Source: Candidatus Yanofskybacteria bacterium RIFCSPLOWO2_02_FULL_44_18
GTDB taxonomy: Bacteria > Patescibacteriota > Minisyncoccia > 2-02-FULL-40-12 > GWA2-44-9
Length of the DNA stretch: 64,000 nt
Direction: 5' to 3'
Assembly (NCBI GenBank): GCA_001794755.1
Contig: MGKT01000008.1
Span: 11,491 to 75,490 of the forward strand
The translations under genes and the position numbers were made by a program. The notes under the pieces are model-generated. The model made no database searches. It had not been told where the DNA came from and worked only from the letters and a program-made list of their open reading frames with translations. Every line of letters starts with the position of its first letter. Position 1 is the stretch's first letter. Shown one piece after another: positions 8,839 through 18,020 of the stretch.

Positions 8839-8986
8839 AAACTAAAGGGGACAGTCTGGTTCCCCAATTCAGTTCTCCGAAGATTACCTCATTGGCAGAC
8901 TACCCCCTTTAGGGGACGAGGTAATAAAAAACGGAGCTATAAATTGGGGAACAAGTCCATTATACCATTTTGGTTAGGGTTGCCAA
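8839..8986 (-). promoter_or_regulatory. Recombinase promoter and structured ~115-nt 5' leader
   Basis: Minus strand TTGGCA-N16-TATAAT with extended TG (8959-8986); nested stems TTCCCCAATT/AATTGGGGAA, CTCCG/CGGAG, ATTACCTC/GAGGTAAT. Confidence 0.65.
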
Positions 8987-9004
8987 TCATACTTTTCAAG
9001 CTAT

Positions 9005-10129
9005 TCAATCTTTTGATTTATTAATCAATTCTGCAATTTGCTCAATATCTTTTGGGCCTATGACATATTTAATGTCTTTCTTCTGGCCACCATAATCAAT
9101 GTTTCTTATTATTTCTGTCTGTCTGTTCTCTTCAATTTTTCCGTAACCATAAGAACCAAAAGTTGTTCCAACATTTTCGTGCCCCAAGCTCTGACTAAAA
9201 GCTTTTTTCTCTTCTTCAGTTAAGGGTAGTTTTGATATTTCCTTAACCAATAAATGTCTTAGGGCGTGCGGATGATAGTGTTTAACCCCAGCTTGCTCAA
9301 ATCTTTTCTCAAATATCTTTCTTGGAGAAGACGAACTTTTCCAGAAAATCGGTTCAACTTCACCCGTATTATAGTAGCTCATATTTTCTTTACCGTTTTC
9401 AATTTTGGTTGCTGGAAATATGGGGTTCTCTGGCTTAAACCCTTTTTTATTCTCCAGATAATCAAACCACTTAAGAAAATAGTCCAGAGGCTCTTTGTAT
9501 GAAAATGGAATTAAAGACGAAACAATCCTTTTACGAAATTTTGTTTCTACTCCTAACGCTGGGTCTTGGTCTATAATTAAATTACTCTTATCAAAACATC
9601 TCATACTAAGGGATTTAACAGCCGAGATTCTTGCCCCAGTTAGCAGGATTAGGGAAATTAAAGCTTTATCCCTTTTTTCAATTTCAGAGTCGCCCTTGAT
9701 GTTCTCAATTACAGTTTTAACTTCTTCTAAGCTTGGGAACCCTACACTTTTGGGCTGGGTGGCAATTTTGACTTCAGCCCTTGATAGCCTTAGATAATCT
9801 ACGGCTGTTTGGTTAATTTTTGACTTAAAACCAGGCTGTCTGGATAACCAGTCAAAAAATACTTTCAAATACCGTAACATATCATAGCTGTAAGATAGGC
9901 TTATGGTTTCTTCAGAATTAGCCTTCTTCTTGGTCTTGAGCCAATCCTTGAACGATTCCGCCAGTGTTTGATTAAAACTACCTAAATCGGCTTTATGCGA
10001 AAAATCTTCCCAAAGCCAAATTGCCTTTTCATAACACTCAATTGACTTTCCAGAAAATCCTTTAGAGTTTTTGAGATAGTCATAAAACCTCCTTTTTGTC
10101 TGTTCGTTTTTGTAGGTTGTTGAAGTCAT
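9005..10129 (-). CDS. Tyrosine recombinase/integrase
   Basis: Catalytic set TGARISA (R), VETKF (K), HPHALRH (HxxR), LGHE (H), FGSYG (Y). Confidence 0.9.
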   Translation of the reverse strand: MTSTTYKNEQTKRRFYDYLKNSKGFSGKSIECYEKAIWLWEDFSHKADLGSFNQTLAESFKDWLKTKKKANSEETISLSYSYDMLRYLKVFFDWLSRQPGFKSKINQTAVDYLRLSRAEVKIATQPKSVGFPSLEEVKTVIENIKGDSEIEKRDKALISLILLTGARISAVKSLSMRCFDKSNLIIDQDPALGVETKFRKRIVSSLIPFSYKEPLDYFLKWFDYLENKKGFKPENPIFPATKIENGKENMSYYNTGEVEPIFWKSSSSPRKIFEKRFEQAGVKHYHPHALRHLLVKEISKLPLTEEEKKAFSQSLGHENVGTTFGSYGYGKIEENRQTEIIRNIDYGGQKKDIKYVIGPKDIEQIAELINKSKD

Positions 10130-10193
10130 ATTTTTACTTTTAGTTAGTTAATGGTATTAAATGGGACATTTACGAGTAGTGATAAATAACCTA

Positions 10194-10595
10194 TCAATCT
10201 TGTTGGGATACCCCTATAAATCTATTGACCCGTGTATTGCACACCTCACAATTGCCCACCTTTTTATACTGGTCCGAATTGCTTTTACCTATTTTTTTAC
10301 CTGTTTTTATGGTCTCCTCGCTTCCTGCTTTTGCCCTAACTGATTTGTGGCATTTGAAGCAAAAAAATTGACCCTCATTTAGGCCGATTCTTCTCTTGGC
10401 CCGTTTCTTATTAAGGAAATCAATTAAATCTGCCCCAATAACTAATATCGGATTTACGTTTTGTTCAATCGGTCTCAACCCTTCTTTTTTTAACCAGCAA
10501 CGACAAGTTTTTCTATCTATTTTCAAAAGAGAGACTATCTGGGTCATAGAATAACTTCTTTTGGATTTAATTAACCGTATGTTATGTTTGGCCAT
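10194..10595 (-). CDS. Excisionase-like HTH protein with C-terminal Zn ribbon
   Basis: YSMTQIVSLLKIDRKTCRCWLKKEGL (MerR/Xis-like HTH); CFKC...CEVC. Confidence 0.7.
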   Translation of the reverse strand: MAKHNIRLIKSKRSYSMTQIVSLLKIDRKTCRCWLKKEGLRPIEQNVNPILVIGADLIDFLNKKRAKRRIGLNEGQFFCFKCHKSVRAKAGSEETIKTGKKIGKSNSDQYKKVGNCEVCNTRVNRFIGVSQQD

Positions 10596-10609
10596 ATTCC
10601 ACAGCTTCT

Positions 10610-10798
10610 TTAATGATTTTGTTGGTCTTCAGGTTCAGATTTTGTTATTGGGCCAGGTTCAGATTCCCCATATACAAATTTGTAAAGGTTGACCAAGTTA
10701 TTGGCACGAAAAGAAGCCTCTGCGTCTGTTAGCTGGACCTTGAACCTTTGCAGGTATAGTTTCTTGAACTCTTCAATTGCTTCTTTTGGTAGCATCAT
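10610..10798 (-). CDS. Small helical protein; paralog of 17816-18001
   Basis: MLPKEAIEEFKKLY...LTDAEA..ANNLVNLYKFVY aligns with MLSKEALEEFKAIY...ISDEDA..AVNLLNMMNAIY. Confidence 0.7.
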   Translation of the reverse strand: MMLPKEAIEEFKKLYLQRFKVQLTDAEASFRANNLVNLYKFVYGESEPGPITKSEPEDQQNH

Positions 10799-10885
10799 TC
10801 AATTATGGCAGGGTAGCTACTTCAAAGTTTGGGGGCAAAAATTTGCCCCTTTACGGTCTGTTAAATTGCTGATAATACAATGCTA

Positions 10886-10922
10886 AACAAAAACACTCCT
10901 TTTTATTGGAGCGTTTTTTGTT
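10886..10922 (-). terminator. Intrinsic terminator after 10942-12198
   Basis: Minus strand AAAACGCTCC...GGAGTGTTTTTGTTT. Confidence 0.55.
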
Positions 10923-10941
10923 GCCTTTTTAGCACCACTGG

Positions 10942-12198
10942 CTATTTTTCTATAATCACAAGTTGGATGCCATTCTTTCTTTCTATTTTGGCTGGGAATC
11001 CTTTGTCTTTTAGTATCCTGTTGATTCCTTTTATGATGCCAAAAAACCTGTTTTTAGCAGTTTCATTGCGACTAAAGGTAGTAGCGTTTTCTGTTATATT
11101 TAGTTGAACAGCGAGAAACTCTGGTGGATGGGTTTTGCCTTTAACTTTTTCTACGCCATTCTTAATATACCGCCTTTCGTCCCACAATTTTTTGAACAAT
11201 AAAATTCTATCTTTTTCTCCCCTCGTTCCTCTTTGAAATTTATGAATAATATCTCCAAAACCTATGATACCCGTTTGGCGATTAAATGACATTTTCTGTT
11301 TTATGTTGTCGTTAGCTATCGGCTCCGATTTTTCTTCCGCCTCAATCTTGGATAGTAAGAAGTTGTGCAATCGGGGTATGGATTTTTTGAACTTATCCAG
11401 ATTGAGGGCTAATAAATTTTTATCTTCTTCGCCATCACGAACGAGCGATGGGTGGTATTGGTTTTGTTTCTTAATCTCTGCTATATCACTTGCCATTATG
11501 GAAACTCTTACTCTTCTTTTGGTTTCTTGTAAGCTACAATTCTCAACATATTTTTCTGGGTCAGTGTCTATGTTCCTATAGTTTTTCCACGCATCGTGAA
11601 AATTTAGAACCTTATCTACAATTCCCCAGATTTCCTCACTTTCCAGCTCTTTGATTTTGTTCCACTGTTGCCTTCTAATTGCTATTGTTTTTGAGAAAAC
11701 GAAATTCCCATAAGTGTTGCTATCTGCACCGCTATGTTTTCTATACTCTTTGTTGGAAACAAGAAACTCATTCAGAGCTTCTCTCTGTCCCATTTCTGAC
11801 ACAACAGAAGCGGCAGAAAAAAGTAAAGACGACCGAGCACCAGAGTCAAAATTGTTGTCTGTATATAACTGAAGTTTTCCGCTTTCATAATCTTTAATTT
11901 CTTTTAGAGCATATGTTAGTCGGCTTGATTGTATGTGTTTATTTTCAGTAATTTCAAAAAATCTTTTCTTTGCTGACTTCATCTCTTTTATTGCCTTATT
12001 TTCCAATTGGTCTAACAGTGCATATTCAATATCTCGGCCCTTGAGAGTTTCCTGCATTACCGACACTAAAAATGTAATACTTTTTATATAATCCAAGTAG
12101 TCATTAAGCCCCAAAAAAAAGTTATACTGATTGGTTTCATCAACAAACAATCCGTAGTGTCGCTGGAGAGCTTCTATTGTTGAGTTAGTTAATAACAT
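10942..12198 (-). CDS. Hypothetical protein with probable C-terminal winged-helix domain
   Basis: Long ORF, start moved to ATG 12198; the C-terminal SFNRQTGIIGF...LFKKLW...IKGINRILKDKGFPAKIERKNGIQLVI pattern resembles an OmpR-type wHTH. Confidence 0.6.
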   Translation of the reverse strand: MLLTNSTIEALQRHYGLFVDETNQYNFFLGLNDYLDYIKSITFLVSVMQETLKGRDIEYALLDQLENKAIKEMKSAKKRFFEITENKHIQSSRLTYALKEIKDYESGKLQLYTDNNFDSGARSSLLFSAASVVSEMGQREALNEFLVSNKEYRKHSGADSNTYGNFVFSKTIAIRRQQWNKIKELESEEIWGIVDKVLNFHDAWKNYRNIDTDPEKYVENCSLQETKRRVRVSIMASDIAEIKKQNQYHPSLVRDGEEDKNLLALNLDKFKKSIPRLHNFLLSKIEAEEKSEPIANDNIKQKMSFNRQTGIIGFGDIIHKFQRGTRGEKDRILLFKKLWDERRYIKNGVEKVKGKTHPPEFLAVQLNITENATTFSRNETAKNRFFGIIKGINRILKDKGFPAKIERKNGIQLVIIEK

Positions 12199-12314
12199 AG
12201 TTGTCTGTGAGGTTAATTTTTTACAATCTACCAATTTTTTCTTAATTTCTCAATGTTGTCCCCTAAAACACATCAAGGGCTTTATTCTTAGCTCAATTTA
12301 GGGTATCTTATTTA

Positions 12315-12452
12315 TGTTCACCTATAACGACTTTTCCTAAAGGGAGGTCATCCTTTTTTATCCAATTATGGGTAGAGATGGGTGGCCGAGTTCCGTAATT
12401 GGACTCCCTTTGGGAAGTTCCGTTATGGGTGAACACTCGGCTGCCCTTTTTT
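12315..12452 (+). promoter_or_regulatory. Terminator/antiterminator-like structured leader upstream of the DNA methyltransferase
   Basis: GGGTGGCCGAGT/ACTCGGCTGCCC + TTTTTT; competing ~35-nt inverted repeat 12315-12349 vs 12402-12435. Confidence 0.6.
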
Positions 12453-12483
12453 GTTTAGGGTGATTGAGGCATAACGTTCACCT

Positions 12484-14418
12484 ATGCCCCGAAAGCGGAA
12501 AAATGACAATAAGGAAGAGTTAAAAATACAAAGCCAATCAAATGGTGATTTTGTAAATCCAGAACCTGAAGAAGTAGAAATTCCCGTTCAAGAAGAGTTT
12601 TATCAGATGCCGACAAGATTCGGCAATGTGCCAGTAGATAAAGCTCCTCTTGGCTGGGATGAGCAGAGAAGATTTGAAAAAGTTTATCCCAGAGTATCTC
12701 TTCCGTTTCAGCAAATAGAAAGGGTTTCTTTTGGGCATTCAGAGCTTGAACCCAACAAGCTGTTTTTTGGCGACAACTTACACATAATGCGTCTGTTGCC
12801 ATCTAAATCCATTGACCTTATTTATATTGACCCACCATTTTTCTCTGGCAAGAATTACAACATTTTATATGGCGACAAAAACGAACTTCGTTCTTTTCAG
12901 GATATTTGGGAAGGTGGTATGCCTGGCTACCTAATTTGGCTCAACGCTCGTCTTTATGAGATGAAGCGATTACTTAAAGATACCGGCTCTATCTATGTTC
13001 ACCTGGATTGGCACGCAAGTCATTATGTAAAGGTAGAAATGGATAAAATCTTTGGGTATGAAAATTTCTTAAATGATATTTCCTGGTGTTATAGAGGGTA
13101 TGAACACAATAAAAGCTATTTTAATAGAAAACACGATTCTATACTATTTTATGCTAAAAATATAAAAAGTAAGAGTGCTTTTAATTACGATAAAATAAGA
13201 GAGGAGTTATCAGATGTTACAAAAAAGAAATATAAACATAAGGATGAAAACGGTTTTTATCGTATTCGTGGAAGAAATATAAAAGGTAGCCCCGTTAAAC
13301 AACAGACCGACCTAACTCACGAACAAGAAGAAAAATATTCAGGATTAACATATAGACAATATCTAACAGAGGGCACCTTACCAAGAGATTGGTTTGTTTT
13401 AGATTTTATCAATCAAGCTTCAAATGAAAAGATTGGTTATCCCACACAAAAACCAGAAGAATTATTAGAAAAATTGATATTAGCAGCATCAAATGATGGT
13501 GATGTGGTCGCAGATTTTTTCTGTGGTGGTGGCACAACACCAGTTACTGCTCAAGAACTTGGACGCAAATGGATTGCTTCTGATATATCTCGTATTGCTG
13601 TCGCACTTACAGCAGACAGGATATCTGTAGAGGCAGAAGAAAATAAGGACAGAAAAGTGCAGACCACTCTTTCTGGAATTAGCGACATATCAGATTTTAT
13701 TATTGAGCACTGGGGAATATACGAGATTCAAAAACTTAGTAAGATGAAATCGGCTCAATTCAGAAAGTTTATCATTGAAGCATATAATGGCCGTCCCGAC
13801 ACAACCTCTGACAATATACACGGGTATAAAAATGGCGAACCTCTTTTTGTCGGAGACCCGGAACCAGATGACAGAATTTCCAAAGAAGAAGTTGTTGCTT
13901 TTGCTAAGATAATTCTCACCAAAAAGGGTATACATAGAGGCACAATGCTTGGTTGGGCATTTAGTCCAGATGCCAGGGTTGTCGCTGAAAAATTAGTGGC
14001 CAGAGAAGGCATTACTTTGGACTTCGTTAAACTCAATTTAATTCCAGTAGATTCTCCAGAATTTAAGAGCCACATAACCGATAAACACCCCTCTTATGTT
14101 GATTTGGTTTCTTTTATTTTACCGCCTTTAATAAGGTTTGGTTTTAACAAAACTGGCGATTTGAAATACGAATTTGATGTTACCGAGTCAACTTCTATGA
14201 ACTCCGGCAGTAAGATAATCAATGTTCAGTGGGACTTTGATTATAGGAACAGGTTTAGTTCAACTCGTGGCTACTCATTTCTGCGAGGCAAAAAGAACGA
14301 ATCTTTGTTGAAAGTTGAATATACTTTTCCATCGGCAGGAAAAAGAAAAATAGCTTGCCGAGTCCAAGACGATAAGGGTGGCGAGGCAACACTCATAAAA
14401 GAGATTGGGATTGAATAA
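12484..14418 (+). CDS. Amino-DNA methyltransferase (beta class, Type III Mod-like) with extra C-terminal domains
   Basis: DLIYIDPPF, YPTQKPEELL, DFFCGGGTT; C-terminal WDFDY...YTFPSAGKRKIACRVQDDKG is PKD-like. Confidence 0.9.
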   Translation: MPRKRKNDNKEELKIQSQSNGDFVNPEPEEVEIPVQEEFYQMPTRFGNVPVDKAPLGWDEQRRFEKVYPRVSLPFQQIERVSFGHSELEPNKLFFGDNLHIMRLLPSKSIDLIYIDPPFFSGKNYNILYGDKNELRSFQDIWEGGMPGYLIWLNARLYEMKRLLKDTGSIYVHLDWHASHYVKVEMDKIFGYENFLNDISWCYRGYEHNKSYFNRKHDSILFYAKNIKSKSAFNYDKIREELSDVTKKKYKHKDENGFYRIRGRNIKGSPVKQQTDLTHEQEEKYSGLTYRQYLTEGTLPRDWFVLDFINQASNEKIGYPTQKPEELLEKLILAASNDGDVVADFFCGGGTTPVTAQELGRKWIASDISRIAVALTADRISVEAEENKDRKVQTTLSGISDISDFIIEHWGIYEIQKLSKMKSAQFRKFIIEAYNGRPDTTSDNIHGYKNGEPLFVGDPEPDDRISKEEVVAFAKIILTKKGIHRGTMLGWAFSPDARVVAEKLVAREGITLDFVKLNLIPVDSPEFKSHITDKHPSYVDLVSFILPPLIRFGFNKTGDLKYEFDVTESTSMNSGSKIINVQWDFDYRNRFSSTRGYSFLRGKKNESLLKVEYTFPSAGKRKIACRVQDDKGGEATLIKEIGIE

Positions 14419-14420
14419 AT

Positions 14421-16409
14421 ATGTTTAATTCTTTCTTACCTTACGAAAAGAAGTTTCAAGATTGGATAAACAACCGTTTTGAACACGAGAAAATGAAGCC
14501 CGAAACGAAGGAGTTTATTTTGCATATCTTAAATCCAGAAAGAGAAAGAAAACTCTGGCGAAATCAGCAGGAAGGAATTTTAAGAGCTATCTATGCCTAT
14601 GAAGTTTTAGGTAAGAAAAGTATATTACTCAACATAGTTACTGGTGGGGGTAAAACGGCAATAATCGCAGGTGTGATTGCTTGGTTGAGAATGGCCCATC
14701 AAATAAGACATTTTATTATTCTTAATCCCAATGTCATTGTCCGAGACAGATTACAGCAGGACTTTACCAAAGCCAAGATATTCAGGGACTTTAAGTTTTT
14801 CCCAGCCGTTTATTCTAATCTGTTAGATGACCTTGATTTACATATTCTTGGCGATAAACAAGCACCGCAAGGAATGCTTGAGTCAGGTGTTGTTCTGGGT
14901 AATATACAACAGCTTTACAGCAGAGGCGGTAAGGTAAGCCGCAATCTGGCCTATATTATGAACTTTCTCGGCGACTTGGCAGTTTTCAATGACGAAGCTC
15001 ATAATACGCCAGCACAAGAATATACAAATATCCTGATGCAATTAGCCAAGAAATCTAAGTTCCGTTTGGATACAACGGCAACGCCTGACAGGGCTGACAA
15101 TCAAAATCCCGATTCTGAAATGATTTACGAATACGGCATTCAAGATGCCCTGACCGATGACTTAATAAAATCGGTTGTCGTTTATCAGCCAGATATTAAA
15201 AGAGTTGAGCTTACTTACACGGATGTTGATACTGGCAAACAAGCCAAAGTTGAAGAAATTGATTGGGATGAGATAGACAGAAAAGGCATCAGTGCAACTC
15301 AATGGGTTACTGATGACAAGCCGTTAAAACAGCAAATCAAAATTGCTCTGGGCAGATTGGCAGAGCAAAAAGAGCGTGCCAAAGGACGCTATAAGCCAGT
15401 TCTGTTTGTGGTAGCTGTTTGTATCAGAGATGCCAAAAATGTCGTTAGTGTAATGGAGAAGAAATTTAACCTGAAGACCCTTTTGGTTACCGAGGAATCA
15501 GAAGAAGCACATCGCAGGGAAGCAGCCCACATAGGCCATCTGGATAGCCCCTACGATGCCGTTGTGAGCGTTTTAATGCTCCGTGAGGGCTGGGATGTGC
15601 CAGAGGTGGGGATTATTATGCTTTTACGCAAGTTCTCATCAAAGGTCTATGGCCAGCAGGTTATTGGCCGAGGATTGAGAAAGGTTATCAGAGACGATGG
15701 CGAAAGAGAGATACTGGCTGTTGTAGACCATCCAAAACTTGAACACGGCTGGCTTTGGAAGTTGGTTGGGGCAAAGATTAAAAAAGATGTCTCGGTAGAC
15801 GATAAATTTGATGTTGAAGAAGACCTGCCTGAAATACAACAGAAACAGGAACTTATTGACCCAGAAAAATTGATTGAAGTTCCAGAAATTGAAGGTGAAA
15901 TAGAACCTGATTTTGAAACAATTTTTGAAGGGTTAAAAGAAGTTCCAGTTACCGAAGATTGGCAGAAAATACTTGATGCAATCAACTACCCAAGAAATAA
16001 AGTTGAGATAACAGGTCTCAAATTACGGGGCATTAGAAAAATTGATTTAAGCGGCAAGCAGTATGTTGAGTATGAGCCGACAGAAGAAGACGAAGAAAAA
16101 CCAGCAGAGAAAGAGCAATCTGAAACCACATATTCCATAGATGACCTGCGAGAAGAATTAAAAGATGAGGTATTAGAACTAAGTTCCGAACTGCTTTTTA
16201 TGATGGGCTTCGGCTCAATCTACAAAGAGCTTATTTACAATACGGTTATGAACCATATTGATAAAAAACTTTTTAACGGCAAAACGCTTGGCCTGGCTGA
16301 ACAAAAGGACTTGGAATTTGCTTTGTATAAATTATCAGAAATAAGACGGGTATTTATGAAGCCTGGCTTAGTGCCAAGTATTATCCGCTATCCTAATGCA
16401 ACAGAGTGA
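14421..16409 (+). CDS. SF2 helicase/ATPase, Type III Res-like, lacking an obvious nuclease domain
   Basis: VTGGGKT, DEAH, TATP, MLREGWDV, QVIGRGLR. Confidence 0.88.
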   Translation: MFNSFLPYEKKFQDWINNRFEHEKMKPETKEFILHILNPERERKLWRNQQEGILRAIYAYEVLGKKSILLNIVTGGGKTAIIAGVIAWLRMAHQIRHFIILNPNVIVRDRLQQDFTKAKIFRDFKFFPAVYSNLLDDLDLHILGDKQAPQGMLESGVVLGNIQQLYSRGGKVSRNLAYIMNFLGDLAVFNDEAHNTPAQEYTNILMQLAKKSKFRLDTTATPDRADNQNPDSEMIYEYGIQDALTDDLIKSVVVYQPDIKRVELTYTDVDTGKQAKVEEIDWDEIDRKGISATQWVTDDKPLKQQIKIALGRLAEQKERAKGRYKPVLFVVAVCIRDAKNVVSVMEKKFNLKTLLVTEESEEAHRREAAHIGHLDSPYDAVVSVLMLREGWDVPEVGIIMLLRKFSSKVYGQQVIGRGLRKVIRDDGEREILAVVDHPKLEHGWLWKLVGAKIKKDVSVDDKFDVEEDLPEIQQKQELIDPEKLIEVPEIEGEIEPDFETIFEGLKEVPVTEDWQKILDAINYPRNKVEITGLKLRGIRKIDLSGKQYVEYEPTEEDEEKPAEKEQSETTYSIDDLREELKDEVLELSSELLFMMGFGSIYKELIYNTVMNHIDKKLFNGKTLGLAEQKDLEFALYKLSEIRRVFMKPGLVPSIIRYPNATE

Positions 16410-16746
16410 AAGAGGTGTATTTGAACATCCAACTAAAAGCCCATTCTCTTTGGAAAAATATGACTCTCGCTGGGAACGAGAGTATATGGAAGAATTGGAA
16501 ATGTATTCGGATATTGCTAAATGGACTAAAAACCATAGAATCAGAATACCCTATGTAGATGACGCTGGATATAAAAAGTATTTTGAACCTGATTTTTTGA
16601 TTGAAAAGATTGACGGAACAAAAGAAATACACGAAGTTAAAGGTGGCCACCTAATGAACCGAGAAGTTGAACTAAAAATGAATGCCGCTAAGTTGTTTTG
16701 CGAAGCCCGTAAAATGACCTTTCGGCTTATCACCAAATCAAGATGA
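16396..16746 (+). CDS. TnsA-N-like PD-(D/E)XK endonuclease
   Basis: YDSRWE...IPY...YFEPDFLIE...IHEVKG...KMNAAKLFC; overlaps the helicase stop. Confidence 0.8.
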   Translation: MQQSERGVFEHPTKSPFSLEKYDSRWEREYMEELEMYSDIAKWTKNHRIRIPYVDDAGYKKYFEPDFLIEKIDGTKEIHEVKGGHLMNREVELKMNAAKLFCEARKMTFRLITKSR

Positions 16747-16788
16747 GATGACTTCAAGAGAGCGTTAGAAAAATTAAGGCGATTTATT

Positions 16789-17043
16789 ATGAAAACTTTT
16801 GCTGAAAAACTAAAGGAACACACAAACTATTGTAATAAAATAATGAAGCAAACCAGTAAGTTTATCTTGTTATCAAAAGAAGCTAAAAAAGAGGGTAATG
16901 ATAAAAATTATGTTGAGTTCATGGAGCAAGCTGAAAAATCCATAAAGTTAGCTGACGAAACTATGCGAGAGTTTGAAACAAATCACGGTAAAGAGTTGAA
17001 GATTTTAGAAGAATGGTATCAAAATAAATATAATGAGCAGTGA
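16789..17043 (+). CDS. Hypothetical helical protein
   Basis: 84-aa ORF co-oriented within the island operon. Confidence 0.55.
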   Translation: MKTFAEKLKEHTNYCNKIMKQTSKFILLSKEAKKEGNDKNYVEFMEQAEKSIKLADETMREFETNHGKELKILEEWYQNKYNEQ

Positions 17044-17056
17044 AGTGAGGTAAAAT

Positions 17057-17803
17057 ATGAACTGGCTAAAACAAAACTGGATAAAAATATGGATTGTCGC
17101 AATAATTGCTGGTGTTTTATTAGTTGGCTGGCTTTTGCTTAACTCAAAAAACGACACTCTTTCTTTCAAATGCCCTGACGAATATACAAATTTAGATGAG
17201 TATGTAGAAATAGTCGCTATGTGGGCCAGTGATTATCTTAAAGAAAACCCAGGAGCGACAAATGAAGAAGTTGCCGATGCAAGAGTTGTTTTTTTGAAAG
17301 AACAGGGGTGCGAAAACCACTTTCCAGGACTTGATAGTAAAATGGTTAGCGAGTTAGAAGAGGAAGCTAATAAGCAGATAGACACTGAAAAACTAATGGC
17401 GGGAATAAAATATGCCGAATCTCAAAGAAAAGATGAAGATGCCGATTCTTTAATTAAGTCTACAAATGAAAAAGAGCTTTACGATAATCACTACATTAAA
17501 CACCTCCGCACGGCTTTTAACGGCTATCTGGATGGCACAAATAACGGAGTAGAAGAAGGCACATCAGAAAAGAGCGAATTAGAAAGTGGTCTTAGGTGTG
17601 GTTTAGATAGTTTTGATAAAAATTACTTCAAGAGCGAGTTTAATGTTATCAAGACAGAAAAGAATGACTATGGCGGAATAGTGGCTTATATTGCCTTTTT
17701 GAACAATCACGACAGAGTATTTTGGACTTGGGTTTATCAATATGCTGGTGGCGAATTTACCCTTAGAGGATTTTGCGAATATGCCGCACTAATTGAGCAA
17801 TAA
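17057..17803 (+). CDS. Hypothetical membrane-anchored extracytoplasmic protein
   Basis: GAGG SD; N-terminal TM IWIVAIIAGVLLVGWLLL; four Cys. Confidence 0.7.
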   Translation: MNWLKQNWIKIWIVAIIAGVLLVGWLLLNSKNDTLSFKCPDEYTNLDEYVEIVAMWASDYLKENPGATNEEVADARVVFLKEQGCENHFPGLDSKMVSELEEEANKQIDTEKLMAGIKYAESQRKDEDADSLIKSTNEKELYDNHYIKHLRTAFNGYLDGTNNGVEEGTSEKSELESGLRCGLDSFDKNYFKSEFNVIKTEKNDYGGIVAYIAFLNNHDRVFWTWVYQYAGGEFTLRGFCEYAALIEQ

Positions 17804-17815
17804 AATAATTTTAAT

Positions 17816-18001
17816 ATGTTATCAAAAGAAGCCCTTGAAGAATTCAAGGCAATTTACAAAAAAGAATATAACGAGGATATTTCAGACGAAGATGCCCTTG
17901 AAATGGCCGTGAACCTTTTGAATATGATGAACGCAATTTATCGGCCAATCCCAAAGAAATGGCTTGATGAATTAGAAGAAAAAGATGGCTTGGTTAAGTA
18001 A
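17816..18001 (+). CDS. Small helical protein; paralog of 10610-10798
   Basis: MLSKEALEEFKAIYKKEYNEDISDEDALEMAVNLL. Confidence 0.7.
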   Translation: MLSKEALEEFKAIYKKEYNEDISDEDALEMAVNLLNMMNAIYRPIPKKWLDELEEKDGLVK

Positions 18002-18020
18002 AATTTGCTATAACTTACTT

